A stretch of DNA of 64,000 bases from Pseudomonadota bacterium (lineage in GTDB: Bacteria; Bdellovibrionota; FAC87; UBA2466), in the NCBI GenBank assembly GCA_043718025.1, contig JAYSWN010000188.1, positions 28,766 to 92,765 on the forward strand, read 5' to 3'. Positions within the stretch are counted from its first letter, which is position 1; each line of letters starts with the position of its first letter. Position numbers and translations under genes: made by a program. A model generated the notes under the pieces. It was given only the letters and a program-made list of their open reading frames with translations. It was not told where the DNA came from and did no database searches. Of this stretch, positions 19,737-28,546 are shown piece after piece.

Positions 19737-20996
19737 TTACTCCTTCGCGGGAGTGACGAGTCGGGCGCCCCGTTGCGAAAAAAAGTAGGACCAGGCCCAT
19801 TCGACAAGCACCACGATGCGATTTCTAAAACCGATCAAATAGAAAATGTGAACAAATAGCCAAGCGATCCAAGCGACTAGGCCGGTGAGCCTTAACGAGC
19901 CTACCTCTGCCACGGCGGCTGATTTTCCGATCGTCGCCAGGTTGCCTTTGTTGAAATAGCGAAAGGGTTTTGAAATAGATCTACCCCGAATCAAACTCTT
20001 AATTGCCAAGGCGGCATAATGCCCTTGTTGCATGGCAACGGGAGCCACGCCCGGAAGGGAGATCCCCTTGTCATCGAGAACGCACGCTGTATCGCCGACT
20101 ACAAAAATCTCGGGGTTGCCGGGAACCTGTAGGTACTCGTTCACTATTACCCGTCCGCCCCGATCGGCCTCAACGTTAAGCCACTTCGCGGCGGGCGACG
20201 CCATCACTCCGGCCGTCCATAAAATAGTACGCGCGTAGAGTGTTTCCTGCGCCAGCCTGACTACGCCCTCTTCAATCTTCTCAACCCGCGTACCTTCTCT
20301 AATCACTACGCCCAAACGTTCTAAGTCTTGCTTGGCACGTTCGCTCAAGCTTTCGGGAAACGCCGCGAGAATCCGTGCACCAGCTTCGATCAAAGTGATT
20401 CGCACGTCGCTGGGCTTGATCCTGCGAAAGTCACGGCTCAACGAGATTCGTGCGAGCTCAGAAATGGCGCCGGCCATTTCAACCCCCGTAGGCCCTCCCC
20501 CCACTAAAATAAAATGAAGTAATACCGAGCGGCGCAGCGGATCGTCTTCGGTTTCGGCGTCTTCAAACGCCAACAATATTTTTTGCCGAATCGACGTCGC
20601 GTCCGGAATTGATTTAAGTCCAGGGGCAAAGGGTTGCCATTCATCGTGCCCAAAATAGGTTCCGCGCGCCCCGGTGGCCACCACCAAATAATCGTAGTCG
20701 ATTTGTCTCTCTTGCTCGGAAACCAGCGCCGTTATTTTGCGGCTAGTCCTGTCGATTCCCTTTACGTCTGCTAACAACACGCGCGTGTTTTTCTGACCGC
20801 GAAGCACGCTACGAATTGGCATCGCAATTTCGGCCGGCGATAGAGTTGCGGTAGCCACCTGGTAAAGGAGAGGCTGGAAAAGATGGTGGTTCTTCTTGTC
20901 CACCACCACGATTTCAGCCGGTAAATTTTTCAGGTCTCGCGCGCAGTTTATGCCCGCAAAACCAGCGCCTAAAATGACCACTTTCGGAGTTTTCAC
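19737..20996 (-). CDS. ndh: Type II NADH:quinone oxidoreductase (NDH-2)
   Basis: VILGAGFAG, HLFQPLLYQVAT, VGGGPTGVEMAG, PGVAPVAMQQG, KGNLATIG; start at GTG 20996 or 21032. Confidence 0.93.
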   Translation of the reverse strand: MKTPKVVILGAGFAGINCARDLKNLPAEIVVVDKKNHHLFQPLLYQVATATLSPAEIAMPIRSVLRGQKNTRVLLADVKGIDRTSRKITALVSEQERQIDYDYLVVATGARGTYFGHDEWQPFAPGLKSIPDATSIRQKILLAFEDAETEDDPLRRSVLLHFILVGGGPTGVEMAGAISELARISLSRDFRRIKPSDVRITLIEAGARILAAFPESLSERAKQDLERLGVVIREGTRVEKIEEGVVRLAQETLYARTILWTAGVMASPAAKWLNVEADRGGRVIVNEYLQVPGNPEIFVVGDTACVLDDKGISLPGVAPVAMQQGHYAALAIKSLIRGRSISKPFRYFNKGNLATIGKSAAVAEVGSLRLTGLVAWIAWLFVHIFYLIGFRNRIVVLVEWAWSYFFSQRGARLVTPAKE

Positions 20997-21086
20997 ATCG
21001 CAGAGACTATCGCCAAAAGTTACAATTGCCACGCCGCATCTCCTCAGGCTACCTCAGTCACACATGGTGTGGTTGGAGGAGAAAAA

Positions 21087-22151
21087 ATGTTCAAAGTTAT
21101 ATTCCTAATGATGGCCGTCGCAGTGGCTTCGCCCGCGGAGCACGTAAAGTATGAGGTAAGCCAACAACAGTTTAATCAGCTACTAGAAATGACGGCACAC
21201 CTTAACGATATGGCCGCCGCCATTGAAAAGGACTTTGGATCAAACGAAGTCATGCCGCGCGAGCGCGACCGCCGCGATTTCAAGCGCGACATGGGCGATC
21301 TTAAAAACCATTCAACCCAAACAGTGGCACGCTGGATCGACAGAGTGAAAAAGAGTGATTTTATTCCGCCCGTGGTGACTCCGCTTTTGCCGGCTCCGGC
21401 TCCGAACGATGTCACGCTGACTGAAACCTTCGTTCAAACGTCTGGCTTTTCCACTTTCTATGCTGCGGATTTCAATGGAGCCGCAACCGCCATGTCTGCT
21501 CAGTGCGCGGAATGGCGAGAAACCGTGAAAAAAAATACGCTGGGTAGCGTAACCATTGCTCAGTGTTCGGGCCCCGAACAAGTGAAGTTGGAAGACGGTA
21601 ACATTGGGGCCAAAGTCACCGGCCAGATCAAGTTATCTTTTGCTCAATATTCGGGCTACGTCGCCGTAAAATCAGTTTCGGCTACGTTTTCGAACAACTC
21701 CGGTTTTGGCACTTACTACGCGGGGGACTTCGGAAAAGCCGCAGCCAATTCAAAACGGCAATGCGGCGAGTGGGTTTCCGGAGTTCGGGCTCAGTCGCAA
21801 GGATTAATTCTCTATACTTCGTGCGGTGGCACTCAGACGGTAAAAGGCTTGGGTGGTAATTTGCACGCCTCAGTAACGGGAACGGTAACTTACACGCATC
21901 GTCCCTCTAAGTCTGAAGCCAATGTGTTGAATCAACAGTTCACAAACAACAGCGGTTTTTCGACTTATTACGAAGGGGACTACAATAAAGCAGCGGCGGC
22001 GTCTCGTGCGCAATGCCAGGCGTGGATTGCCGATACGATCAACAATTCGTCGGCGCTTCCGGTTTTCGCCAGCTGCGCGGGACCTGAGCCGGTGATGAAT
22101 TCGAATCTATACGCACGTTATAGCGGACAGGTAGTTTTGCTTCCGAAATAG
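21087..22151 (+). CDS. Secreted protein with three tandem ~80-aa two-Cys domains
   Basis: GGAGG SD; signal peptide; motif SGFxT[FY]YxxD[FY]xxAA...QCxxW...[QS]CxG occurs three times. Confidence 0.8.
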   Translation: MFKVIFLMMAVAVASPAEHVKYEVSQQQFNQLLEMTAHLNDMAAAIEKDFGSNEVMPRERDRRDFKRDMGDLKNHSTQTVARWIDRVKKSDFIPPVVTPLLPAPAPNDVTLTETFVQTSGFSTFYAADFNGAATAMSAQCAEWRETVKKNTLGSVTIAQCSGPEQVKLEDGNIGAKVTGQIKLSFAQYSGYVAVKSVSATFSNNSGFGTYYAGDFGKAAANSKRQCGEWVSGVRAQSQGLILYTSCGGTQTVKGLGGNLHASVTGTVTYTHRPSKSEANVLNQQFTNNSGFSTYYEGDYNKAAAASRAQCQAWIADTINNSSALPVFASCAGPEPVMNSNLYARYSGQVVLLPK

Positions 22152-22178
22152 GTTTCGAAAGAAAATCGTAAATTGGAG

Positions 22179-22211
22179 AGCCGGTGCCTTGATAAGGAAT
22201 CGGCTTTTTTT
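22179..22211 (+). terminator. Rho-independent terminator between convergent genes
   Basis: AGCCGGTGCCTT-GAT-AAGGAATCGGCT hairpin followed by a T-run. Confidence 0.7.
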
Positions 22212-23244
22212 ATTTTCCGCCCGCGGCTTTTTTAAAAGCATCGGGCATGCAAGGATCGAAACCTTCGGGAAGAACAAATGGCGCGCGGCTTGAAAAATTG
22301 GTAACGAAAGACTGAAAAACTTTGGGATCAAATTTTCCGGGCTGCATGCGAAACATTTTCTCCATTGCCCCCTCCGCGTCCAGAGCCTGGTGATAAGAAC
22401 GGTCGGTGGTGAGCGCATCAAACACATCGGCAATTGCCACGATGCGAGCTAAAAGAGAAATATCTTCGCCGTGCCGGCCATCGGGATACCCTTTGCCGTC
22501 AAAGTTTTCGTGATGTTCGTAAACTACTCGCAACACTTCCGAACCAACGTTAACGCCTTGAAGCGCGTTACGGCCGTATTCAGGATGACGCTTCACCTCG
22601 GACCACTCTTGCTTAGTGAGCGGCCCGGGTTTGTTAATTACGTTCCACGCTAAATTTCTTTTTCCTAGGTCATGGAGCAGACCGCCAAGACCGGCTTGAA
22701 CTAAAATAGCTTTGTCGTCGCCGAACACCCGTCGCGCAAACGCGATGGCGTAGATAGCCACGTTTACCGAATGGTTAAACGTATAAAAATCGTGATTCAC
22801 CAGTGCCATCAATTTTTGAACGGTCCCTAAATCTGAGGTCACCCGATCTACCATCGCCGCAACCAAATCTTTCGCCATTTCGATGCCAGGAGAAATATCC
22901 GGACGAAGAAACAGCTCACTAACGTGAAGCAAGGTGGTCTGCTTAATGAAATGGCCCCATTCCGTTTCTGCTGCGACACGAATGAGGCTGCACTCTTTCA
23001 GATACAAAAGGTAGTAGGGGCGGTGCTCTTCGGGGACCCAAAAACGGGTAATTCCGTGCCGCGAAAGCGCTTCGATACGGTGAGTAGAAATGCTCTCTCC
23101 CCGTGTCTTAAAAATCACGTCACGGCCTGCCACCTTGAGAAACAGATCCACCGGAAGCGGTTGATCGGGCAGTAGTGAGCTCAAGTGAATTGCGAACAAA
23201 TCCACGACAACCTCATGTGATCGGAGCTTGAGGGCGCCAACCAT
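22210..23244 (-). CDS. HD-GYP domain cyclic-di-GMP phosphodiesterase
   Basis: YTFNHSVNV, LLHDLGK, HHENFDGKGYP, IADVFDALTTDRSY. Confidence 0.93.
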   Translation of the reverse strand: MVGALKLRSHEVVVDLFAIHLSSLLPDQPLPVDLFLKVAGRDVIFKTRGESISTHRIEALSRHGITRFWVPEEHRPYYLLYLKECSLIRVAAETEWGHFIKQTTLLHVSELFLRPDISPGIEMAKDLVAAMVDRVTSDLGTVQKLMALVNHDFYTFNHSVNVAIYAIAFARRVFGDDKAILVQAGLGGLLHDLGKRNLAWNVINKPGPLTKQEWSEVKRHPEYGRNALQGVNVGSEVLRVVYEHHENFDGKGYPDGRHGEDISLLARIVAIADVFDALTTDRSYHQALDAEGAMEKMFRMQPGKFDPKVFQSFVTNFSSRAPFVLPEGFDPCMPDAFKKAAGGK

Positions 23245-23266
23245 GACGCACGTCCCCGCACTAAGC

Positions 23267-23293
23267 TTATCGGCTACGCGTTAGATGCCTTTA
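23267..23293 (-). promoter_or_regulatory. sigma28 (FliA)-type promoter of the HD-GYP gene
   Basis: Exact TAAA-N15-GCCGATAA on the minus strand, 22 nt upstream of the ATG. Confidence 0.8.
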
Positions 23294-23312
23294 GTCATTT
23301 TTATTAGCCGCG

Positions 23313-24965
23313 TTAAATATCGAGAATCAAAGGCATTACCACCGGCTTATGGCTAACCCTTTTTCTAAAAAAGCGGCGCACTTCAACCCGCAAAGCCTCA
23401 AGCGGATCTTGGGCCGCGATGATCTCTTCGTACAGATCTTCAATCCAGTCTTTAGCCCGTTCCACAGTCTCTTTTTCTTCTTCGCCTTCGCGGTATAGCA
23501 AGCCGTAGGGCATGATCGACGGTCGGCAAAGTAAATCTTTGGTGCGCTTGTCACGAAGCAGACTGGCAAAAACCAAACCCGTTTTGGCCAGCTGAACTCG
23601 CTTTGAAAATTGGGCCGTCGAGCTTTCCATCGAAAACCGATCGACCACTACGCCCTTTTCGAGCTCGTGTTTTTCGCCCAACCGAACGCCGTCGACTCCC
23701 ACTTCAATTGACTGGCCGTTTTCGATAATAAAAATATTCTCTGGCTTTACACCAGATTGCCGAGCCAACTTAGAGTGCTTAGAGAGGTGCCGGTACTCAC
23801 CATGTAAAGGAACAAAATACTTCGGTTTACACGCGTTCAGCATCATTAACAGCTCATCTTGATAGGCGTGACCTGAAACGTGAATAGTGTGATGCGATTC
23901 GTACACCACCTCCGCACCCTGCCGGTAAAGCTGGTCAATTAAGGAGGTAATGTTTCGCTCGTTACCCGGAATGAAACGACTCGAAAAATAGATCGTGTCG
24001 TTGTCCCGAATCGATAGATCCTTGTGATCTTCATTGGCAATCCGCACTAACGCTGACTGTGGTTCGGCTTGGCTACCGGTTAGCAAGATGATCACTTTAT
24101 CGTCTGTAACTTCGCCGATTCTCTCGACCAATACCAAAGTATCCGGCGGAATTTTTAACGTGCCCTGCTCGTGCGCCAACCGCGAGTAGGTGTGCATACT
24201 GCGCCCCACCAGGGCCACTTTTTTTCCAAGTTTGTGGGCAAGGTGCAAAAAGCTTTCGATGCGGCGGATGTTCGAGGCAAACAACGCAATTAAAATACGC
24301 CCCGTCTGTTTCGAAAAAATGTCTTCGAACGTAGCGGTAATTTCTAGCTCAGAAATGGTGTGGCCCAAGCGCTCCGCATTGGTGCTATCCGACATCAAAA
24401 GCTTTATGCCCTGATTGCCCCATCTTTCAAATTCATCGAAAGAGAAAGAGTCGCCACCAATTTCCTGCGTTTCGTGCTTAAAATCGCCGGTGTGAACCAC
24501 CACCCCCACCGGAGTTTCAATGGCGAAAGCGTGACTCTCAATAATGGAATGCATCACCGGAATGGGATGAAACGTAAATGGCCCTACCACAAAGCTTTCG
24601 TTGGGTTTGTACTCAACAAACGTCACTTCTTTAGCGGCGGGATGTTCAACTAACTTGTTGTTGAGCAACCCACGCGGAAACGGGGGCGTATAAACCGTAA
24701 CCGGCATGTGCTCAGCCAGGTAAGGAATAGCGCCGATGTGATCGTCATGACCGTGGGTTACCACCACTCCGACCAATTTCTTTTTGCGCTCGATGATGTA
24801 GCGCAAGTCAGGAATCAGCATCTCGGCGCCGGGATAACTTGGCCCCGGAAACTGAACGCCACAGTCGATGAGTACGATTGAGTCTTCCCATTCGAAAGAC
24901 AGGCAGTTCATTCCAATTTCACCCAAACCGCCTAGGGGAAGCACTTTCAGCATTTTTTCTGGCAT
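23313..24965 (-). CDS. rnj: Ribonuclease J
   Basis: PLGGLGEIGMN, THGHDDHIG, HTGDFK, SDSTNA, HVSGHA, PLHGEYRH. Confidence 0.96.
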   Translation of the reverse strand: MPEKMLKVLPLGGLGEIGMNCLSFEWEDSIVLIDCGVQFPGPSYPGAEMLIPDLRYIIERKKKLVGVVVTHGHDDHIGAIPYLAEHMPVTVYTPPFPRGLLNNKLVEHPAAKEVTFVEYKPNESFVVGPFTFHPIPVMHSIIESHAFAIETPVGVVVHTGDFKHETQEIGGDSFSFDEFERWGNQGIKLLMSDSTNAERLGHTISELEITATFEDIFSKQTGRILIALFASNIRRIESFLHLAHKLGKKVALVGRSMHTYSRLAHEQGTLKIPPDTLVLVERIGEVTDDKVIILLTGSQAEPQSALVRIANEDHKDLSIRDNDTIYFSSRFIPGNERNITSLIDQLYRQGAEVVYESHHTIHVSGHAYQDELLMMLNACKPKYFVPLHGEYRHLSKHSKLARQSGVKPENIFIIENGQSIEVGVDGVRLGEKHELEKGVVVDRFSMESSTAQFSKRVQLAKTGLVFASLLRDKRTKDLLCRPSIMPYGLLYREGEEEKETVERAKDWIEDLYEEIIAAQDPLEALRVEVRRFFRKRVSHKPVVMPLILDI

Positions 24966-25131
24966 CGCGGCTATTTAACCCCACCCCGCCACCTTAGGGA
25001 AGCATCAAGTCATAGAGTAGTGTAGTGGCACGGCTCGTCACCGTGAACGGCAGGCCAACCAGCCAATGCGGACGCCGAACCTTTTTTAACGCCTCACGCC
25101 AAACTGAACTCCTCAATTGTGTGATTTTCGC

Positions 25132-25159
25132 TAAACCCGCTACACAAAAGCTCCGATAA
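25132..25159 (+). promoter_or_regulatory. Possible sigma28-type promoter of the LysM lipoprotein gene
   Basis: TAAA-N16-TCCGATAA, 26 nt upstream of ATG 25186. Confidence 0.5.
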
Positions 25160-25185
25160 GCAGAGGAGTAGAAAAGGGGCAATCC

Positions 25186-26670
25186 ATGAGATTCCGAGAA
25201 TTTCTCCTACCTTTGGTCACCGGCCTTGCGATTTTTAGCATGAGTGTTTTCATTTCATGCGCGAGCAAAAGCCGAATCGATGAAGATGGAAATGAGATTG
25301 AAGAGACATCGGTAAGCGAATCTGGTGAAGACTCTGGCTCGACCGCCCCGCCGACAAAAGGCGAAGATAATCTTGGCGAACTGCCTCCCTCGAATGAAAA
25401 AATTGCCGCAATCACCCCTCCTCCTCCTGCGGCAGAACCCACTCTATCCGCGGACGCATTGCCTCCCGCCGATCAAGTACCGCCTCCTGGTGGTGACCTT
25501 GCGAACCTGCCGCCCGAAACTGCGCCTCCGCCAGCCGACAGCTTGCCGGCCGATAGCCTGCCTGCCGACGGCTTGCCAACCGACAGCTTACCGCCCGATT
25601 CGGCTCCGACGGGAAAGATTGCCGCGGCGGCTCCTCCCACAGAGGCTGGTTTGCCTCCGGCTAGCGATTTGCCTCCGGCGGGCGATTTACCTCCCGTCAC
25701 TGACTTGCCAGCGGTCGCCGCAACCGACATTCCTCCGGTTATTGGTGAAGCGCCAATCGACGGAGAGCCAAAGCCTCGCGCCGCCGTAGGCGGCGGCAGC
25801 AGCGTGCCCAAGATTCCGGCAAATGCCGTCACTCGGGCCGGCACGCCATTAAATCGTTTTTATTTTTTGCGTAAAGGCGACACCAAAAGTTCAGTCGCCG
25901 AAATGATTTACGGAGACAGCTCAAAAGCGAAAGAGCTGAGCAAATGGAATAAGGGCGGTTTCAATACCGGCCGCTTGGTCTTCTACCAATCGCCAGTCCA
26001 ACCCGATGATAAAGAAATGAAGCCTTTTTATCAGGAAAAATCCATCGCCCCCGTCGACTACACGGTGCAAAAGGGCGACTGGCTCTCGAACATCGCCGCT
26101 AAGAAATTGGGGAGTGGTGCCAGCTGGAAAGAGATTGCGGTTTTAAATGGTATTGAAAGCCCGAGCGCTTTAGAAGTTGGCCAGAAGTATTCAATTTACC
26201 CCCTTCAAGGCAACTCCCAGTCGATGGCCGCTAACGAGGCTCCGCCTGCGCCGGCTCCCGACGCTGAACCGATTAAAAAATCTGGCAAAAAGAAGCGCGG
26301 TAAAAAGACCGCCGTGGCTGAAAACGAACCCAGTAACCCGAACTTCAAATCGGCAGACGCTCCGATCCCGACACCTGGAGCGTCTGATGCCCCGTTGATT
26401 CAGGCCGAAGGCACTCCGCAAGCCGCCGCGCCCGTGCCGCTTCCGACTGAATCGGTACCGGCCGTCGAAACTTTCAAAAAGAAAAAGAAAGCAGGCGGTT
26501 TCGACTTACTTCGCCTCATTGAACAGAACCTTTTCTTCCTTATCTTGGGGTTGGGCGTGGTGGTCTTGGTAACCGCCCTTTTCTTTGTAAACAAGCGCCG
26601 CAAGGCCAAGGCTGCCGAGGCTGAGTTTGGTGACGACGCCTTTGCAAGCCCCAAAGCTAAACGCCGCTGA
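25186..26670 (+). CDS. Pro-rich LysM-domain lipoprotein with C-terminal transmembrane helix
   Basis: Lipobox-like FIS-C; PADSL/LPPxxD repeats; LysM motifs YFLRKGDT and YTVQKGDWLSNIA; C-terminal LFFLILGLGVVVLVTALFFV-NKRRK. Confidence 0.82.
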   Translation: MRFREFLLPLVTGLAIFSMSVFISCASKSRIDEDGNEIEETSVSESGEDSGSTAPPTKGEDNLGELPPSNEKIAAITPPPPAAEPTLSADALPPADQVPPPGGDLANLPPETAPPPADSLPADSLPADGLPTDSLPPDSAPTGKIAAAAPPTEAGLPPASDLPPAGDLPPVTDLPAVAATDIPPVIGEAPIDGEPKPRAAVGGGSSVPKIPANAVTRAGTPLNRFYFLRKGDTKSSVAEMIYGDSSKAKELSKWNKGGFNTGRLVFYQSPVQPDDKEMKPFYQEKSIAPVDYTVQKGDWLSNIAAKKLGSGASWKEIAVLNGIESPSALEVGQKYSIYPLQGNSQSMAANEAPPAPAPDAEPIKKSGKKKRGKKTAVAENEPSNPNFKSADAPIPTPGASDAPLIQAEGTPQAAAPVPLPTESVPAVETFKKKKKAGGFDLLRLIEQNLFFLILGLGVVVLVTALFFVNKRRKAKAAEAEFGDDAFASPKAKRR

Positions 26671-26693
26671 CCTGAGGCACCGCATTTTTCTCT

Positions 26694-26744
26694 GGCCCCC
26701 TGCTTTCCCGCTTAAAACCGGGTTAAATCAGGGGGCCTTTTTTT
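26694..26744 (+). terminator. Rho-independent terminator
   Basis: GGCCCCCTG...CAGGGGGCC stem followed by T7. Confidence 0.75.
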
Positions 26745-26861
26745 AGGCGCTTGCAGCAGAACCGTCGGCCGGAACCCGTTTATCCAAGCCTTCTCGACAA
26801 TTGACAATGGTGCCAGGCCAAAGCAATTTAGGCGTTTTCTCAAAGACCGAGGCACTCATAA

Positions 26862-28037
26862 ATGAACCTACGTAACTGCCTTTTTACTTCCGAATCAGTC
26901 ACCGAAGGCCATCCGGATAAGATGGCCGATCAGATTTCGGACGCCGTGTTAGACGCCATTTTAGCCCAAGATCCACGCGGTCGTGTCGCCTGCGAAACCA
27001 TGCTGACCACCGGACTGGTAATCGTCAGTGGGGAAATCACCACAAACGCAATCGTAGATTTTCAAGATATCGTACGAAACACCGTCAAAAAGATCGGTTT
27101 CACTTCGAGCGACCTTGGTTTTGATTACAAGACCTGCTCGGTAGTCACCGCGATTGGCCGCCAGTCGGCCGACATTTCTCAGGGTGTGACCGAAGGCGAA
27201 GGGTTGTTCAAAGAGCAAGGCGCCGGCGATCAAGGCTTGATGTTCGGTTATGCTTGCGATGAAACGCCCGAGTTCATGCCAGCCACCATCGCGTTCTCGC
27301 ACCGGCTAACTCGACGGTTGGCCGAAGTTCGTAAAGAAGGCGTGTTAGATTTCTTGCGGCCCGATGGCAAAGCTCAGGTGACGGTTCAGTACGACGCCAA
27401 TGGCGCCGTGAAACGCGTTGAAGCAGTTGTGGTTTCAACACAGCATAACCCTGACGTCAGCCACGAAAAGCTCGTAGCCTCGGTTCAAGAAGAGGTGATT
27501 GCTAAATCGATTCCGGCGAAGCTCATCGATTCTAAAACCAAGTTTTTTGTAAATCCCACCGGTCGTTTTGTAGTGGGTGGTCCGATGGGCGACTGCGGTC
27601 TGACTGGCCGTAAAATTATTGTCGACACGTATGGCGGCCATGGGGCCCACGGTGGCGGGGCTTTCTCCGGAAAAGATCCGTCTAAGGTAGATCGCTCGGC
27701 CAGCTACATGGGCCGCTACATTGCCAAAAATATTGTGGCCGCAGGACTCGCCAAACGTTGTTTGGTTCAATTGGCTTACGCCATTGGTGTCGCCGAGCCG
27801 GTATCATTGATGGTGGATGATTTTGGCACCGGCACGATGTCGGCCGAAAAACTGAGCGGAGCAGTTCGCGAAATTTTCGGCGTTAAGCCGGCCGACATTA
27901 TTAAACGGCTGGATCTACTTCGGCCCATTTACGAAGAGACTGCCGCCTATGGACACTTTGGCCGTAACTCCGCAAAAGGTTTTACGTGGGAGAAGACAGA
28001 TCGCGTGGACGATTTGAAAGCTCTGCTAAAGCATTAG
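26862..28037 (+). CDS. metK: S-adenosylmethionine synthetase
   Basis: [49 protein letters not shown]. Confidence 0.98.
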   Translation: MNLRNCLFTSESVTEGHPDKMADQISDAVLDAILAQDPRGRVACETMLTTGLVIVSGEITTNAIVDFQDIVRNTVKKIGFTSSDLGFDYKTCSVVTAIGRQSADISQGVTEGEGLFKEQGAGDQGLMFGYACDETPEFMPATIAFSHRLTRRLAEVRKEGVLDFLRPDGKAQVTVQYDANGAVKRVEAVVVSTQHNPDVSHEKLVASVQEEVIAKSIPAKLIDSKTKFFVNPTGRFVVGGPMGDCGLTGRKIIVDTYGGHGAHGGGAFSGKDPSKVDRSASYMGRYIAKNIVAAGLAKRCLVQLAYAIGVAEPVSLMVDDFGTGTMSAEKLSGAVREIFGVKPADIIKRLDLLRPIYEETAAYGHFGRNSAKGFTWEKTDRVDDLKALLKH

Positions 28038-28049
28038 TCCCGCACGAAT

Positions 28050-28256
28050 TTAGGTATCAAACGGGCCGTTCCTCTTTGCCTCTTCCGCAGTGGCCCCCGC
28101 TTCAACGTAGGCTGGAGCGTTGTGCGGAATTGCCGCCTCTTCAATTTCCATCTCTAGATCGATGAGTAGCTCATCGCATCGAAAACAGAGCTGGCGATGG
28201 CCCAGGAAAAACAACGACTTTTCATTTGTGCAAATAGAACAGTTTGCTTTCGTCAT
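28050..28256 (-). CDS. Small hypothetical protein with CxxC...CxxC zinc-finger pattern
   Basis: MTKANCSIC...LCFRCDELL with an acidic tail; GGGGG SD-like sequence upstream. Confidence 0.55.
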   Translation of the reverse strand: MTKANCSICTNEKSLFFLGHRQLCFRCDELLIDLEMEIEEAAIPHNAPAYVEAGATAEEAKRNGPFDT

Positions 28257-28490
28257 ACGTACCCCCAAAAACTACATGCGGAGCGGCACCTAAAACCAAC
28301 CTATGTCCTGCGGTTCGAGCTGCTTATAAGTTAGGCGACTGAGTAAGAAGGATTCGGGTGACAACTTTATTGTGAGACATTTTACGCGCCGTATCAATAG
28401 GGAACCGGCAGCATACGGTGTATACAGCGCGAATACAGTGAGGTTGCTCACCAAATACGTCGATATGCTGATGATTCTAACCCTCTCGGC

Positions 28491-28523
28491 AAAAAAAAAG
28501 GCACCCTAGTGGGGCGCCTTTTT
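28491..28523 (-). terminator. Terminator after lon
   Basis: A9-GGCACCCTAGTGGGGCGCC-T5 hairpin; could act in both directions. Confidence 0.8.
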
Positions 28524-28546
28524 CTCAATGGGTAGCTCGAAAATAA

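Noticed and set aside
16859..22211. Prophage or integrative element at tRNA-Val
   Set aside because: No integrase, phage genes or attR duplication seen.
25531..25710. 15-18-bp tandem repeats as a CRISPR array or VNTR element
   Set aside because: In-frame degenerate repeats encoding PADSL/LPPxxD in the LysM protein; no spacers and no cas genes.
26745..26861. SAM riboswitch upstream of metK
   Set aside because: No SAM-I or SAM-II consensus visible; the leader after TTGACA (26801) is too short.
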